A stretch of DNA of 63,134 bases, counting the filler, from Octopus bimaculoides (Eukaryota): NCBI RefSeq assembly GCF_001194135.2. It is 7 parts of 7 records of this genome, joined end to end, with 100 filler letters (N's around TTAATTAATTAA, not from the genome) between each part and the next. Parts side by side here need not be neighbours in the genome. Positions count along the whole stretch, not along the records: positions 43,510 to 53,490 come from NC_068981.1; positions 53,591 to 58,568 come from NC_068999.1; positions 58,669 to 61,946 come from NC_068985.1; positions 62,047 to 63,134 come from NW_026363107.1; 3 more parts are not named here. One strand, written 5' to 3'. The notes under the pieces are model-generated. The model ran no database searches. It worked only from the letters and a program-made list of their open reading frames with translations, and was not told the DNA's origin. Of this stretch, positions 51,903-63,134 are shown in pieces; within the stretch, counting starts at the first letter, position 1; each line of letters starts with the position of its first letter. The position numbers and the translations under genes were made by a program.

Positions 51903-52648
51903 NNNNNNNNNNNNNNNNNNNNNNNNNNNNNNNNNNNNNNNNNNNNNNNNNNNNNNNNNNNNNNNNNNNNNNNNNNNNNNNNNNNNNNNNNNNNNNNNNN
52001 NNNNNNNNNNNNNNNNNNNNNNNNNNNNNNNNNNNNNNNNNNNNNNNNNNNNNNNNNNNNNNNNNNNNNNNNNNNNNNNNNNNNNNNNNNNNNNNNNNNN
52101 NNNNNNNNNNNNNNNNNNNNNNNNNNNNNNNNNNNNNNNNNNNNNNNNNNNNNNNNNNNNNNNNNNNNNNNNNNNNNNNNNNNNNNNNNNNNNNNNNNNN
52201 NNNNNNNNNNNNNNNNNNNNNNNNNNNNNNNNNNNNNNNNNNNNNNNNNNNNNNNNNNNNNNNNNNNNNNNNNNNNNNNNNNNNNNNNNNNNNNNNNNNN
52301 NNNNNNNNNNNNNNNNNNNNNNNNNNNNNNNNNNNNNNNNNNNNNNNNNNNNNNNNNNNNNNNNNNNNNNNNNNNNNNNNNNNNNNNNNNNNNNNNNNNN
52401 NNNNNNNNNNNNNNNNNNNNNNNNNNNNNNNNNNNNNNNNNNNNNNNNNNNNNNNNNNNNNNNNNNNNNNNNNNNNNNNNNNNNNNNNNNNNNNNNNNNN
52501 NNNNNNNNNNNNNNNNNNNNNNNNNNNNNNNNNNNNNNNNNNNNNNNNNAAAATTATTTTTATGAATTTGTGTATATTTAAACTAACTAAATATTATTTT
52601 ACAGAATAATAGAATTAAAATTTCTTTGATTATAAATTCCATCCTAGG

Positions 52649-52710
<62 letters not shown>

Positions 52711-53424
52711 CTATGGTGACGTCAACAACTTACAATTCCCGTTATTAAGAATAATGTTTACAAAATGGTGATAGAGAAATTCGATGGAATACTTTGGTCC
52801 AACGGGAGAACGTCCGTCATGATTACAGAAGATGTAGCTTCGTGTTTTACCCTTCCAAAACAGAAATACATATTCGTGTGCGCACGCGCGTGTGTGTGTG
52901 TAACAAGAATGAGCTCAAAGAGAGATCTCTAACTCAGAGAGAACAGTGGTATAAATTTGTAAACGAAGACCAATAAAAGTATTCTGAACAATAGAAGTTA
53001 GATTTTTGATTTATTGAAATTATGTTCGCTTTGAGAAACAGCACATAAATGGCTAATCGCAAATGGGACTGACTACAAATAAGAAGACAGCAAAATTTCA
53101 AGAAGTAAGAAGTGTTCAGAATAGAAATGCCTTAAAGGAAAAGACATTCTGTTTCTTTTGGAAATAAGCAGGCAGATGTGGATAAGTGTTTCTGCTTCAA
53201 TAGATAACAGTACAACAGGTATCTTGTATTCATTCCTGCGAACATAACACTTTGAGTTATACAAAAAGTGTAAAAAAAAAAAAAAAGACAATTACGCTCT
53301 ATGTACTTTTGCAAAATTAAAACAAAACTGGGCTATTAGAAATAATACAAAGAAATAAAGATATTACATATAGTCTAGGTCTATTGAAACTAACTTTGCC
53401 TTATATATATACATACATATATAT

Positions 53425-53482
<58 letters not shown>

Positions 53483-53590
53483 ATATATATNNNNNNNNNN
53501 NNNNNNNNNNNNNNNNNNNNNNNNNNNNNNNNNNTTAATTAATTAANNNNNNNNNNNNNNNNNNNNNNNNNNNNNNNNNNNNNNNNNNNN

Positions 53591-53621
<31 letters not shown>

Positions 53622-53701
53622 CATGTATATATATTTATAAAAAAGAAGTTTGAAAACGCCAATATATAAAAAATGAATTTTAATTTAAAATTTAGTCAGA
53701 G

Positions 53702-53753
53702 ATATTTTTAACATGTTTCGGTTCTTTTAAAACGAACCTTATCAAAAATACAT
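53702..53753 (-). ncRNA. Mirror copy of the U3-A8 hammerhead motif in the 3' terminal repeat of the PLE
   Basis: Exact reverse complement of 57119-57170, lying in element-sense orientation downstream of the ORF stop. Confidence 0.68.
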
Positions 53754-56700
53754 ATTTAAAAAAATGAAATTAAATGAAGAGTTCATAATTGTTCCTTACT
53801 GGTGTCAACAGTCCAGGTGGGGGCATTTTTTGTTGGTTGTAGTAGTAGTAGTAGTGTCCCTGTTGGCAATGGCAAATGGCAGTGACCTCTGTCCGTGTCA
53901 GCAGCAGCAGTCAATTGGTTGTAGTGGTAGGGGTGGAAGCAGCACAAGCAGCAGCAGCAGAGGCAGCAGCAGCACAAGCAGCAGCAGCAGAGGCAGCAGT
54001 AGCAGTAGTAGTGACCGAAATAGCAGCAGTAGTAGTGACTGTAATAACAGTATCAGTAGTAGCAGCAGCAGCAGTAGTAGTAATAGTAGTAGCAGTGATT
54101 GTTAGTAGTGACCGTAATAACTAATATATGATTTTAATGTTACTGGCTCAGGGTGTTTAAACTGGGCCCGAATTTTCTAATATAATGGAGCTCTTTGTTT
54201 TGACGTTGGGTGAAAGTTGTGTTGTAATTAAATTGGTAAAGTGGGAAGGTCGTAAACTTTGGATTTTTATTCGGTGTACATCTGTCTATGTGGTCGCTGA
54301 CAGGTATTTTTCTGTGTTCAGGATTCCTGATTTGGGATTTATGTAATGCCATCCTTTTTCGTAGGCCGTTTTTTGTATGGCCTATATATTGTCTATTGCA
54401 TCCTGCGCATGTCATTACATAAATTAGGTTTTCCGATGCACAAGTGAAGTTTTTTCTGATGATGAAATGATGGCCTTGTTCTAATGTGTATTCAGAACCT
54501 TCTACTAAGATGGTACAAATCCCGCAGTTTGGCCTTCCACACTTTTTGACTGTTGGTTTTGTGGTAATTATTGGGTGCAGTTTAGCCTGTGTTAAAATCT
54601 TCTTTAAGGATTTTGATTGTCGTTTGCCTTTTATGATGGTGTGTGTTTGGAGGATTTGATTCATTCTTGGGTCTCCCTTGAGTAGGGCTGTGTTTTGGAG
54701 TATGGTATTGAAGGCTTCATTGTTAAGTGGGTTGTGTGTAGAGATGTAGGGTAGGGTTTTTAATTTTTCATCCCCTTTTGGTTTTGGTTGTCTCAGGTCT
54801 TCTATATTCAGTTTAAGTGTTCGTTAGATTGCATTGTCTATTAGGGGTTGTGGATAATTCCTATTTTTGAGTGTAGCTCTGAGTTCCTGGAGATGTGTGT
54901 GTCGGGTGTTTGTGTCTGATACTATGGTGCAAATCCTTTTGGCTAAACAGAAAGGGGTGTTCATTCTCGTGTGCTTAGGGTGGCAAAAGTCAAATGGTAG
55001 GTACTGCTTAGAGTCTGTCGGTTTATAATAGATATCCGTCTCTATTTTGTTGCCGACTTTCTTAATGAGGATATCTAAAAATGGTAGTTTTCCTGGTTAT
55101 ATTCCATCGTGAATTTGATGTTTTCATTAATTCCATTTAGTATCATTTTAAATTCCTCAAGTTTTTCTATGCTTTCTTCTCAGAGGATGAAGCAGTCGTC
55201 CAGATATCTTTTCCGGTTGTTCTGGATATAGTTGGAGAAAGAGTTCCCATATTTTTCAAGTGTTTTCTTGTAAAGAATTATTTCGATGTAACCCATTACT
55301 AGGTTAGCAAAAGAAGGTGCAGTACGCGTACCCATGGCTGTTCCCGATATTTTTCTGTAATAATTATTATTAAATATGAAGTAATTGTTTTGTAATATAA
55401 ATCTTAATCCTTCTATAACAAGCTCTTTATTTAAGCGAGTTGGTAGTTCAAAGGAGTAGTTGTTTAGCCAGAAAGTGATCGCTTCTATTCGTAAGGTGTG
55501 GGGGATGTTTGAATAAAGGTTAACTACGTTGAAGGATACTAGCAGGATTTTCTCATTGACTGTTTTTGGGAGGTGGTTAAGCATGTCTATATCGTCTCTT
55601 ATGTAACTTGTGATGTGTTTGAGGAAAGGTTTTAGAAGTGTGTCTAGGAAGTTGCTGAGGTGGTGAGTTTCACATACTGGGCCTGCTATTATCGGTCTAA
55701 GTTTTAGATCTTTCGGTGAGGGGATTTTGATGATTACGTCAGTAGCTTTTTTACATGCTTCACTAATTACTTTGCTTTTGTGGACTTTAGGGATACCGTA
55801 GAATAAACTTGATTTGCACTTGAAGTTGGTGATGTAATCGTACTCCTTGTCTGTGAGTCCTTCTCGGTATGAGTTGAGTAATGTCCTGAGGTTATTCATT
55901 ATTTTTGGTTGATTATAATTTTGGGCTCTTTTGTAGTATGTCTCATCTCCTAATAGGGATAGTACTAATTTTTTATAATCATTTGTGTTCATTAGAACTA
56001 TAGTGTTGCTTATCTGCCTTCTTGATCGTTGTGGTTTTATCTTCTCTTAGTTTGACGAGGTCGTTCCATTCTCTTTTGTTGAAGTTTGGTCTGAATTTTT
56101 GCCTGTTTGTGAGTTGAAAAGGGAAATTGGTTATGTGGTCACAAAAGCGGTCTAAGGCTTTATTCTTTCCCTTGGTGGGGGTGTAGTCGCTGTTGTTTCT
56201 AGCTATAGATTTGTCATCCATGTGTTTGGCATGAAATTCCTCGGCAAGTCTCAATTTCCTACAAAATTCCGAAATATCGTCTTTCATTTCATAGTAATTT
56301 AGACGTTGTGGGTTTGGGGTAAATTTAAGTCCTTTGGGTAGTATGCTTATTTCGTTTGGTGTAAGGTCTTTATTTGAGAGATTGATTATTTTAATTACCT
56401 GTGGTTTCTTTTGTTTGTTCGTTACCATCGTGTATCCCTGTTCCTGTGCGTTAGGTCTAAAAAATGGTTGGTGTTCCTATGTTCAAAAGTACTGTTTATC
56501 TGTCTCCTGTTGTAATTTTTAAAGTGAGGTTGTGGTGCTCTGTTTTGTAGTTTGCTTTTGAACCACGTGTTCCATCTTAGTGTATCAGGTATATTGTGCT
56601 GATAGTTGCTTCTCCTGTAGTGTGTTTGTTGTTTGTTGCGTTTGTTGAGGGCCCAGTTTAAACGCCCTGAGCCAGTAACATTAAAATCATATATTAGTTA

Positions 56701-56987
56701 TTACGGTCACTACTACTACTACTACTATTAAGGTCACTACTGACAATCACTGCTACTACTATCACTACTACTACTGCTGACTCTGCTGCTGCTGCTTGTG
56801 CTGCTGCTGCTTGTGCTGCTGCTGCTTGTGCTGCTGCTGCTTGTGCTGCTGCTTGTGCTGCTGCTGCTTGTGCTGCTGCTGCCTCTGCTGCTGCTGCTTG
56901 TGCTGCTTCCACCCCTACCACTACAACCAATTGACTGCTGCTGCTGACACGGACAGAGGTCACTGCCATTTGCCATTGCCAACACGG

Positions 56988-57033
<46 letters not shown>

Positions 57034-57118
57034 AACCAACAAAAAATGCCCCCACGTGGACTGTTGACACCAGTAAGGAACAATTATGAACTCTTCATTT
57101 AATTTCATTTTTTTAAAT

Positions 57119-57170
57119 ATGTATTTTTGATAAGGTTCGTTTTAAAAGAACCGAAACATGTTAAAAATAT
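57119..57170 (+). ncRNA. Minimal hammerhead ribozyme motif, U3-A8 core variant, in the PLE terminal repeat
   Basis: ATGTATTT-TTGATAA-GGTTC(gttttaaaa)GAACC-GAAA-CATGT-T-AAAAATAT: perfect 5-bp stem II, palindromic stem III ACATGT, AT-rich stem I with one mismatch. Confidence 0.68.
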
Positions 57171-57351
57171 CTCTGACTAAATTTTAAATTAAAATTCATT
57201 TTTTATATATTGGCGTTTTCAAATTTTTCTTTTATAAATATATACCCACTCGTATGCCACCTACACTTTTTTATCAATATATATATATATATATATATAC
57301 ATACATACATATGTAACTAGCATGTATGTATATATGTATATATACATATGT

Positions 57352-57765
57352 AACTAGCAGCTAAGCCCGGTTTCACCAGGTCAGTTTCGATGATGTGGCT
57401 ATAGAACCTGCTCTGTGAAAGCATTTGACTTGTTTGGGCACACTTACATTAAAAAACAATTTTAGAATGACTTTTTCTGTCAAAACACTAAAAATAACTG
57501 ACCAACAAAAAAAAAAACAATGAAGATTCAACCAAATCAAAAAATAAACCCAAATACTAAGTGAACAAAAATGAACCATCCCACTTCCATTGCGCACACA
57601 CCCACACACATTCACATACCCCTCTTTTACACACACATATATTCACACAGAGTTGAAACGTTGTTTGATTTATTTTCTCAGCGTACACTTTTCATCATCC
57701 CACTACCAAGTATGACATCACCCCTTCCTTTCTCATTCATAACCACAAGAGTATTATTATAGTAA
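57352..57765 (+). mobile_element. Possible HINE/Helitron-like element
   Basis: AACTAGCAG..GCCCGGTTTCACCAGG 5' motif and TATTATTATAG-like end; boundaries uncertain. Confidence 0.4.
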
Positions 57766-58735
57766 ATTATCTTGGTGATCATGGGAGCTATGAAAAAATA
57801 CAAATCCCAGAAAAAGAAATACATACTTATATGTACACATGCATACACATATATATGTATGTATATGTTTAATCCAACATAAGCTTACACAGATTTTAAT
57901 TTGTGTATAATCTTTTTCATTTTGTTACTTTCCCTGAAAGCTATATATCCAAGCTGTTGAATTTTAAAAAAAGTGTCTTATCTCACCTGATACAGAGCAT
58001 AAAAGCAGTATTCTATTAGGTTTATATAAAAAAAAAAAAACAGAATTATTTAGAAGCAAGATGGCCATTTTTAATAACACAGGCCAGACAAATGACAGTT
58101 ACATTCAACTTTCATATTCAGATTAGAAATCTGAATGTTACTATGGCAAGGTTCCTCTCCCACTTACCGACATCATATGTCATTAGAAAAAAAAGATGAA
58201 AATTGCCTTTCTTCAGATTAACCGATTTGTGCAAATACAGTTGTCAAAATTTTGTTTCTAAGAAATTTCTCTCTATTAAATTAGTATTGTCCAAAGATGG
58301 AGATTCTTGATTCTTTGAGACAACAAATCTCACTCACACGTCATTTCCTTCTCTCTCTCTCTCTCAAATACATACACATGCACCCATGTAAAGATTGTTT
58401 AACCCTTTTCCTCTCTCTTTCTATCCCTAACCCCTTCACACACATTGACACACACACTTCAACAGACATACACACATACACACACACACATATATGTATA
58501 CATAAATGTTTGTGTGTGTGTATGTTTATATATATATATATATACACATATATATATATATATATATANNNNNNNNNNNNNNNNNNNNNNNNNNNNNNNN
58601 NNNNNNNNNNNNTTAATTAATTAANNNNNNNNNNNNNNNNNNNNNNNNNNNNNNNNNNNNNNNNNNNNATGTAGTCGTTGGCATGTTGCTGATCAGAGAG
58701 TTAGCATTGGTTCTACGTCTTCTATTGTTCTTAGC

Positions 58736-59120
58736 GTGGAGGCACAATTGTCCAGTGGTTAGGGCAGCGGACTCGCGGTCGTAGGATCGCGGTTTCGATT
58801 CCCAGACCGGGTGTTGTGAGTATTTATTGAGCGAAAACACCTAAAGTTCCACGAAGCTCCGGCAAGGGATGGTGGTGAACCCTGCTGTACTCTTTCACCA
58901 CAACTTTCTCTCACTCTTACTTCCTGTTTCTGTTGTGCCTGTAATTCAAGGGGTCAGCTTTGTCACACTGTGTCACGCTGAATATCCCCGAGAACTACGT
59001 TAAGGGTACACGTGTCTGTGGAGTGCTCAGTCACTTGCACGTTAATTTCACGAGTAGGCTGTTCCGTTGATCGGATCAACTGGATCCCTCGACGTCGTAA
59101 GCGACGGAGTGCCAACAACA
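58736..59120 (+). mobile_element. tRNA-derived SINE family A (full copy)
   Basis: A-box-like TCCAGTGGTTAGG, B-box-like GTTTCGATTCC, 3' end ACGGAGTGCCAACAAC. Other copies at 7011-7316 (+) and 40679-41058 (-). Confidence 0.85.
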
Positions 59121-59154
59121 AAAATTGTTCTTAGCAATATAGGCGACTCATGTC

Positions 59155-59186
<32 letters not shown>

Positions 59187-59268
59187 AGGCGAATTGGCAG
59201 AATCATTAACGAGTCGGGTAGAATATGTCTTGAATTATGGCGGGAGTAATATATTTGCCTAGGCCTAT

Positions 59269-59325
59269 GTCATTCTGACGATTCCAAACAAGGATGAAAC
59301 AGAACAACGCACAGTTGCCAATGGC
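59269..59325 (+). ncRNA. Decayed type-I hammerhead-like motif (separate family)
   Basis: GTCATT-CTGACGA-TTCC(aaacaa)GGAT-GAAAC...GTT-GCC-AATGGC. Stem I GTCATT/AATGGC pairs fully; cleavage triplet is GCC instead of GTC. Confidence 0.5.
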
Positions 59326-59792
59326 TAAAAAAAATATCTAGGCTCTTTGTAATATATAAAAAATAAATATATATCAAGCCTAAACTTCTCAACAGTCATG
59401 ATTTAAGATTTATCTAGTCGTGATTACCTTCCTTACGATAGCTGCCGTCTGGACTCCACGTGTTCAACATCTGGCTGTGAATTCAAATTTTATATCTATA
59501 CAAACTGATGGTGATAACCCAGGCCCTGTGTATTCGTAGAAATTATCTCTACTAACAAATAACTTAGGATAAACAACGGTAGAATCGCAGATGAATTATA
59601 TTATCTTCGTCCAGAATGAATGATAACCAAAAACGGCTTGTGAAAGTTGCTTGTAGTGAAGACTATCATAGTAACTGCATTTATGAACTTTTTCATGAAC
59701 TTTTTCAAGTAATCAATCCATATGTAGGACTTTCACTCACTTTCTTCTTTATTCTCTTCTCTCTCACTTCTTGAACTACGAACTATCTATAA

Positions 59793-59921
59793 ACTAGAAA
59801 AGCATACGGAGAGCGCAGACCTCCGCCGAAGCACCTCATTTCCACCTATTCCACGCATGCTGAAAATCGCCCAATTTTCCAAACGGACGCCGGCAAAAAC
59901 ATAACCTCCTTGGCGGGGTTA
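59793..59921 (+). mobile_element. HINE/Helentron-like non-autonomous element
   Basis: ACTAG start. Subterminal inverted repeats ACCTCCGCC(G)AAG and CCTTGGCGGGGT, with a 3' stem-loop. Confidence 0.6.
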
Positions 59922-60684
59922 AAAAAAAAATAACACACCCATTTGATTTTTAAAAAAAACCTTTAAAAACAAGAATCATCTGAAGCAGTTATATTACATC
60001 AATGACGACAGCAAGCTAGTTTCACCATACAACTAAAAAGAAACAACAATCACCTAAAACTTGAGTGACACACACGCAACACGAGTAAAATTACTAATAG
60101 AGAAACGAAAATAAACTTTGGAAACAGCAACGCCACTATAGGTTAAATTGAAACGATGAACGTTTTCAAGGGAGATAATCAAAGAATGTAAAATTGTAAT
60201 ACTTCATGTAAAGTAAATATAACAAATGAAAAATCCTTCAAGAATCCATAAAAATTCCCGGATCTCTACCAAAATTTCATCATCTGTTCCTTGCGTCATT
60301 ACCAACTTTTCCTGCAACTTCCGATGAACACAAACATACATGCATACATGCATGCATACATACATACACACACACATACATACATACATACATACATACA
60401 TACATGTATGCATGCATGCATACGTACATTCGCATATACATTTACGCAAATATGGATGTATGTACCTTTAGCTTTCACTAGCTTCAATCATTGGATTGCA
60501 GCCGTTTTAGACAGTGGTTTGGGCAGTTTATTCTATTCTATTGGCCTTCTTTTGTAGAACCACTCAGTCACGGATACGTAAATAAACCAACACCGGTTGT
60601 CATGTAGTAGTGGAGAACAAATACAAGCAGACACACTTACACACTCACGCGCGCACATACGCATATAGGCACATGCAATTATAC

Positions 60685-60715
<31 letters not shown>

Positions 60716-62293
60716 AGGTTGAGGAGGGTATTGGATTTAACCAAACCCCGGAGGATACAGGTAATACCGAGTAAGTGCTGTATACCGATTAGTTTGCCCC
60801 AGTCGTTGTATGAACAGGATTGGGTATTATAAGTCGTGTATTAGCGTGTGTATATGTAAATATATAAAAACAGAAGGATAAAGAGAGCAAAGGTAAGGTT
60901 GAAGAATATTATAGATAGAGTCTTACAGCTGTTTCTGGGAAGATCCAGTACTTCCCTTCATCGGAGACAGAAAAAATAAAGTAATCTATTATTATATCCA
61001 TAGGCGGATATAATNNNNNNNNNNNNNNNNNNNNNNNNNNNNNNNNNNNNNNNNNNNNNNNNNNNNNNNNNNNNNNNNNNNNNNNNNNNNNNNNNNNNNN
61101 NNNNNNNNNNNNNNNNNNNNNNNNNNNNNNNNNNNNNNNNNNNNNNNNNNNNNNNNNNNNNNNNNNNNNNNNNNNNNNNNNNNNNNNNNNNNNNNNNNNN
61201 NNNNNNNNNNNNNNNNNNNNNNNNNNNNNNNNNNNNNNNNNNNNNNNNNNNNNNNNNNNNNNNNNNNNNNNNNNNNNNNNNNNNNNNNNNNNNNNNNNNN
61301 NNNNNNNNNNATATATATATGTATATATATATATATACATACACACAACGGATTTCCAAACGCGGCTTCTGTCTACCAGATTTACTCACAAGGTATTAAT
61401 CGGCTCAGGACGATAGTAAGAAGTCACTTGTTCAAGATCCAATGCAGTAGTACTGAACGCGAAACCACGTGATTGTAAGCCGAGCCTATGTACAGCACAC
61501 ACGCGCGAGCACTCACACACACACACATACCATACATACACGCACACACACAAGAGTGGGGTCAAAAGATTGTAATACGTTTTTTTGTTATGTACTCACA
61601 TGTCACTATAAAGTCCTATGATGTAACCGACAGCTCTGCATAAATCTTCTGAAATAAAATAAACGAAGCTCTATCCTTATTCGTGTGTGTACGGAAGTGT
61701 TTGATTTCAAGAAAACTACTTAGAGGTTTCTTGAAGTAAAGAGAAATGGGACTTTTATTGCTCCACTGGTTATTAGGCACTTAAAAAAATTTGAACGTTG
61801 GGATTCGAGGAATTTTGCCACGTCGACTTCATGGACGTACGTACGTACATATCTAGATATCTGTCTTCACAGCTGTATGTTTGCATGTGTGTGTGTGTGT
61901 GCCCGCGCACAAGCGCGTGTTTATATATATATATATATATATATATNNNNNNNNNNNNNNNNNNNNNNNNNNNNNNNNNNNNNNNNNNNNTTAATTAATT
62001 AANNNNNNNNNNNNNNNNNNNNNNNNNNNNNNNNNNNNNNNNNNNNTATATATATATATCACACACGCACACACATATATATATCATGTATAGGGAGAAT
62101 TCACACAAAAACAACAGACAAAGTCAGGTGGTGTTGAAAACAAATAGATGCATTAGTATAATGCTTGGGAATTGAGAAAGTCTTTAATGTTTCAAGCCTA
62201 CACACTTCTACAGAAAGAAACACAGAAAGAAACAAGGAGAGAAACAAATAGAGAAAAAAAATGTGTGTAGTGGTCAGTGATCTATCATGGTGA

Positions 62294-63134
62294 TTGGGTT
62301 GTCCGGAAAGTTCGTGCCGAATTTTAAAGGAAAGAAAAAGGTCAATAAATACTTGCCATTACATTTTTAATCAACCAAATATGAACCATTTTGTTGCACA
62401 ATGCGTTTCCATCTTTCCTTTAACTTGAAAATACCCTCTTCTCAGAATTGAGGTGGTTTCATGGTAAAGAATTCATCAAGGTATCTTTTTATGTCATCCA
62501 AGGAACTGAAATTTTTACCATTAAGACTATTCTGCAGAGACCTGAATAAGTAAAAATCTGAAGGAGCAATATCTGGTGAATATGGAGGGTGGGGTAACAC
62601 ATCCCAACCGAGCTGCAGCAATTTTTGTCTGGTTCCCAAAGAAATGTGCGGTCTTGCATTATGTTGGAAAACAACACCCTTCCTGTTGGTCAATTCTAGA
62701 CATTTCTCTTGAATTGCTGCTTTTAACTCATCCAGTATTTCTCAGAATTAATTGTCTGGTTATCCCACCAAACACAAAGCAAGACGTTTTTAGAGTGAAG
62801 ACCCACTTTTGGGGTGGCTAAGGGTGGCTCATGTCACTTACTCCAGGATCGCTTTCTCTGAACATTTTGGTAGATAATCCATTTCTCATCACCTGTCACA
62901 ATTTGCTTTAAAAAGGCGCGTTTTCATTCCGTTTATAAAGCAAATCACAGATGGAAATGCGATATAAAAGGTTCTTCTCACTCAACTCATGTGGTACCCA
63001 AACATCGTAGTGATTTGTGTACCCAAGCTTTACCAGGTGCTCATAAATGACAGATTTTGATAGGTTGAGGCTTTCTGCCAATTTTCAGGTTGTGCAATGT
63101 GGGTTATTCTCAATTAATGACTTGATTTGGTCAT
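62294..63134 (-). mobile_element. mariner transposon 3' part (runs off the window)
   Basis: VVFQHNARPH...LPHPPYSPDIAPSDFYLFRSLQN, WVPHEL and DEKW motifs. TIR-like TTGGGTTGTCCGGAAAGTT. Confidence 0.9.

Larger units (their letters stand above)
53627..57245 (-). mobile_element. Penelope-like retroelement (Neptune-type), RT plus C-terminal GIY-YIG, 5'-truncated, with inverted terminal repeat
   Basis: N-terminal INLSNKDLT..KGLKFTP (56428-55979). RT with GTAMGTRTAPSFANLVMG and RYLDDCF (55992-55180). Thumb LPFLD/YYKPTDSKQYL. CxxxxCxxC linker and LIY..C..C..QYIG GIY-YIG (54664-54140). Arms 53627-54169 and 56649-57245 are reverse complements. Broken by at least 2 frameshifts and 2 stops. Confidence 0.93.

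Noticed and set aside
55177-55182. In-frame TGA after YLDDCFIL in the PLE RT as possible selenocysteine recoding
   Set aside because: It replaces a conserved Trp (TGG to TGA), and the element also has a TAA stop and frameshifts. Ordinary decay.
53764-57108. Cys-rich, Ser-rich and Ala/Gln-rich ORFs in the PLE arms (e.g. MCCCCLCCC, metallothionein-like)
   Set aside because: Translations of (TGC)n/(TAC)n repeats whose lengths differ between arms; no coding signal.
59105-59115. Shared AGTGCC terminus between SINE family A and the second PLE lineage as evidence of partnership
   Set aside because: A hexamer match is too short, and family A shows 16-bp LINE-type TSDs.

Overview
AT-rich, repeat-dominated animal genomic DNA, most likely Octopus (inferred from SINE, mariner and microsatellite content; not provable here). 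Six identical 100-nt spacers (N44-TTAATTAATTAA-N44) split the window into seven artificially joined pieces, so adjacency across them is unreliable. The piece at 13483-37531 carries two host genes on +: the last six coding exons of ELP1 (Elongator subunit 1) and a CHST8-14-family carbohydrate sulfotransferase. The rest is mobile DNA: a near-complete Neptune-type Penelope-like element (PLE) with a ~550-bp inverted terminal repeat, fragments of a second PLE lineage, R4/Dong, RTE and CR1/L2-type LINE fragments, mariner/Tc1 remnants, MITEs, HINE-like elements and four SINE-type families. The most interesting signal is a set of hammerhead-ribozyme (HHR) motifs from several unrelated repeat families. 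These include a U3-A8 compensatory core variant in both PLE terminal repeats, and a tRNA-headed SINE-like element ending in a minimal HHR (three copies, two arranged as a fold-back). All alignments, folds and family assignments were made by eye; no searches were run.
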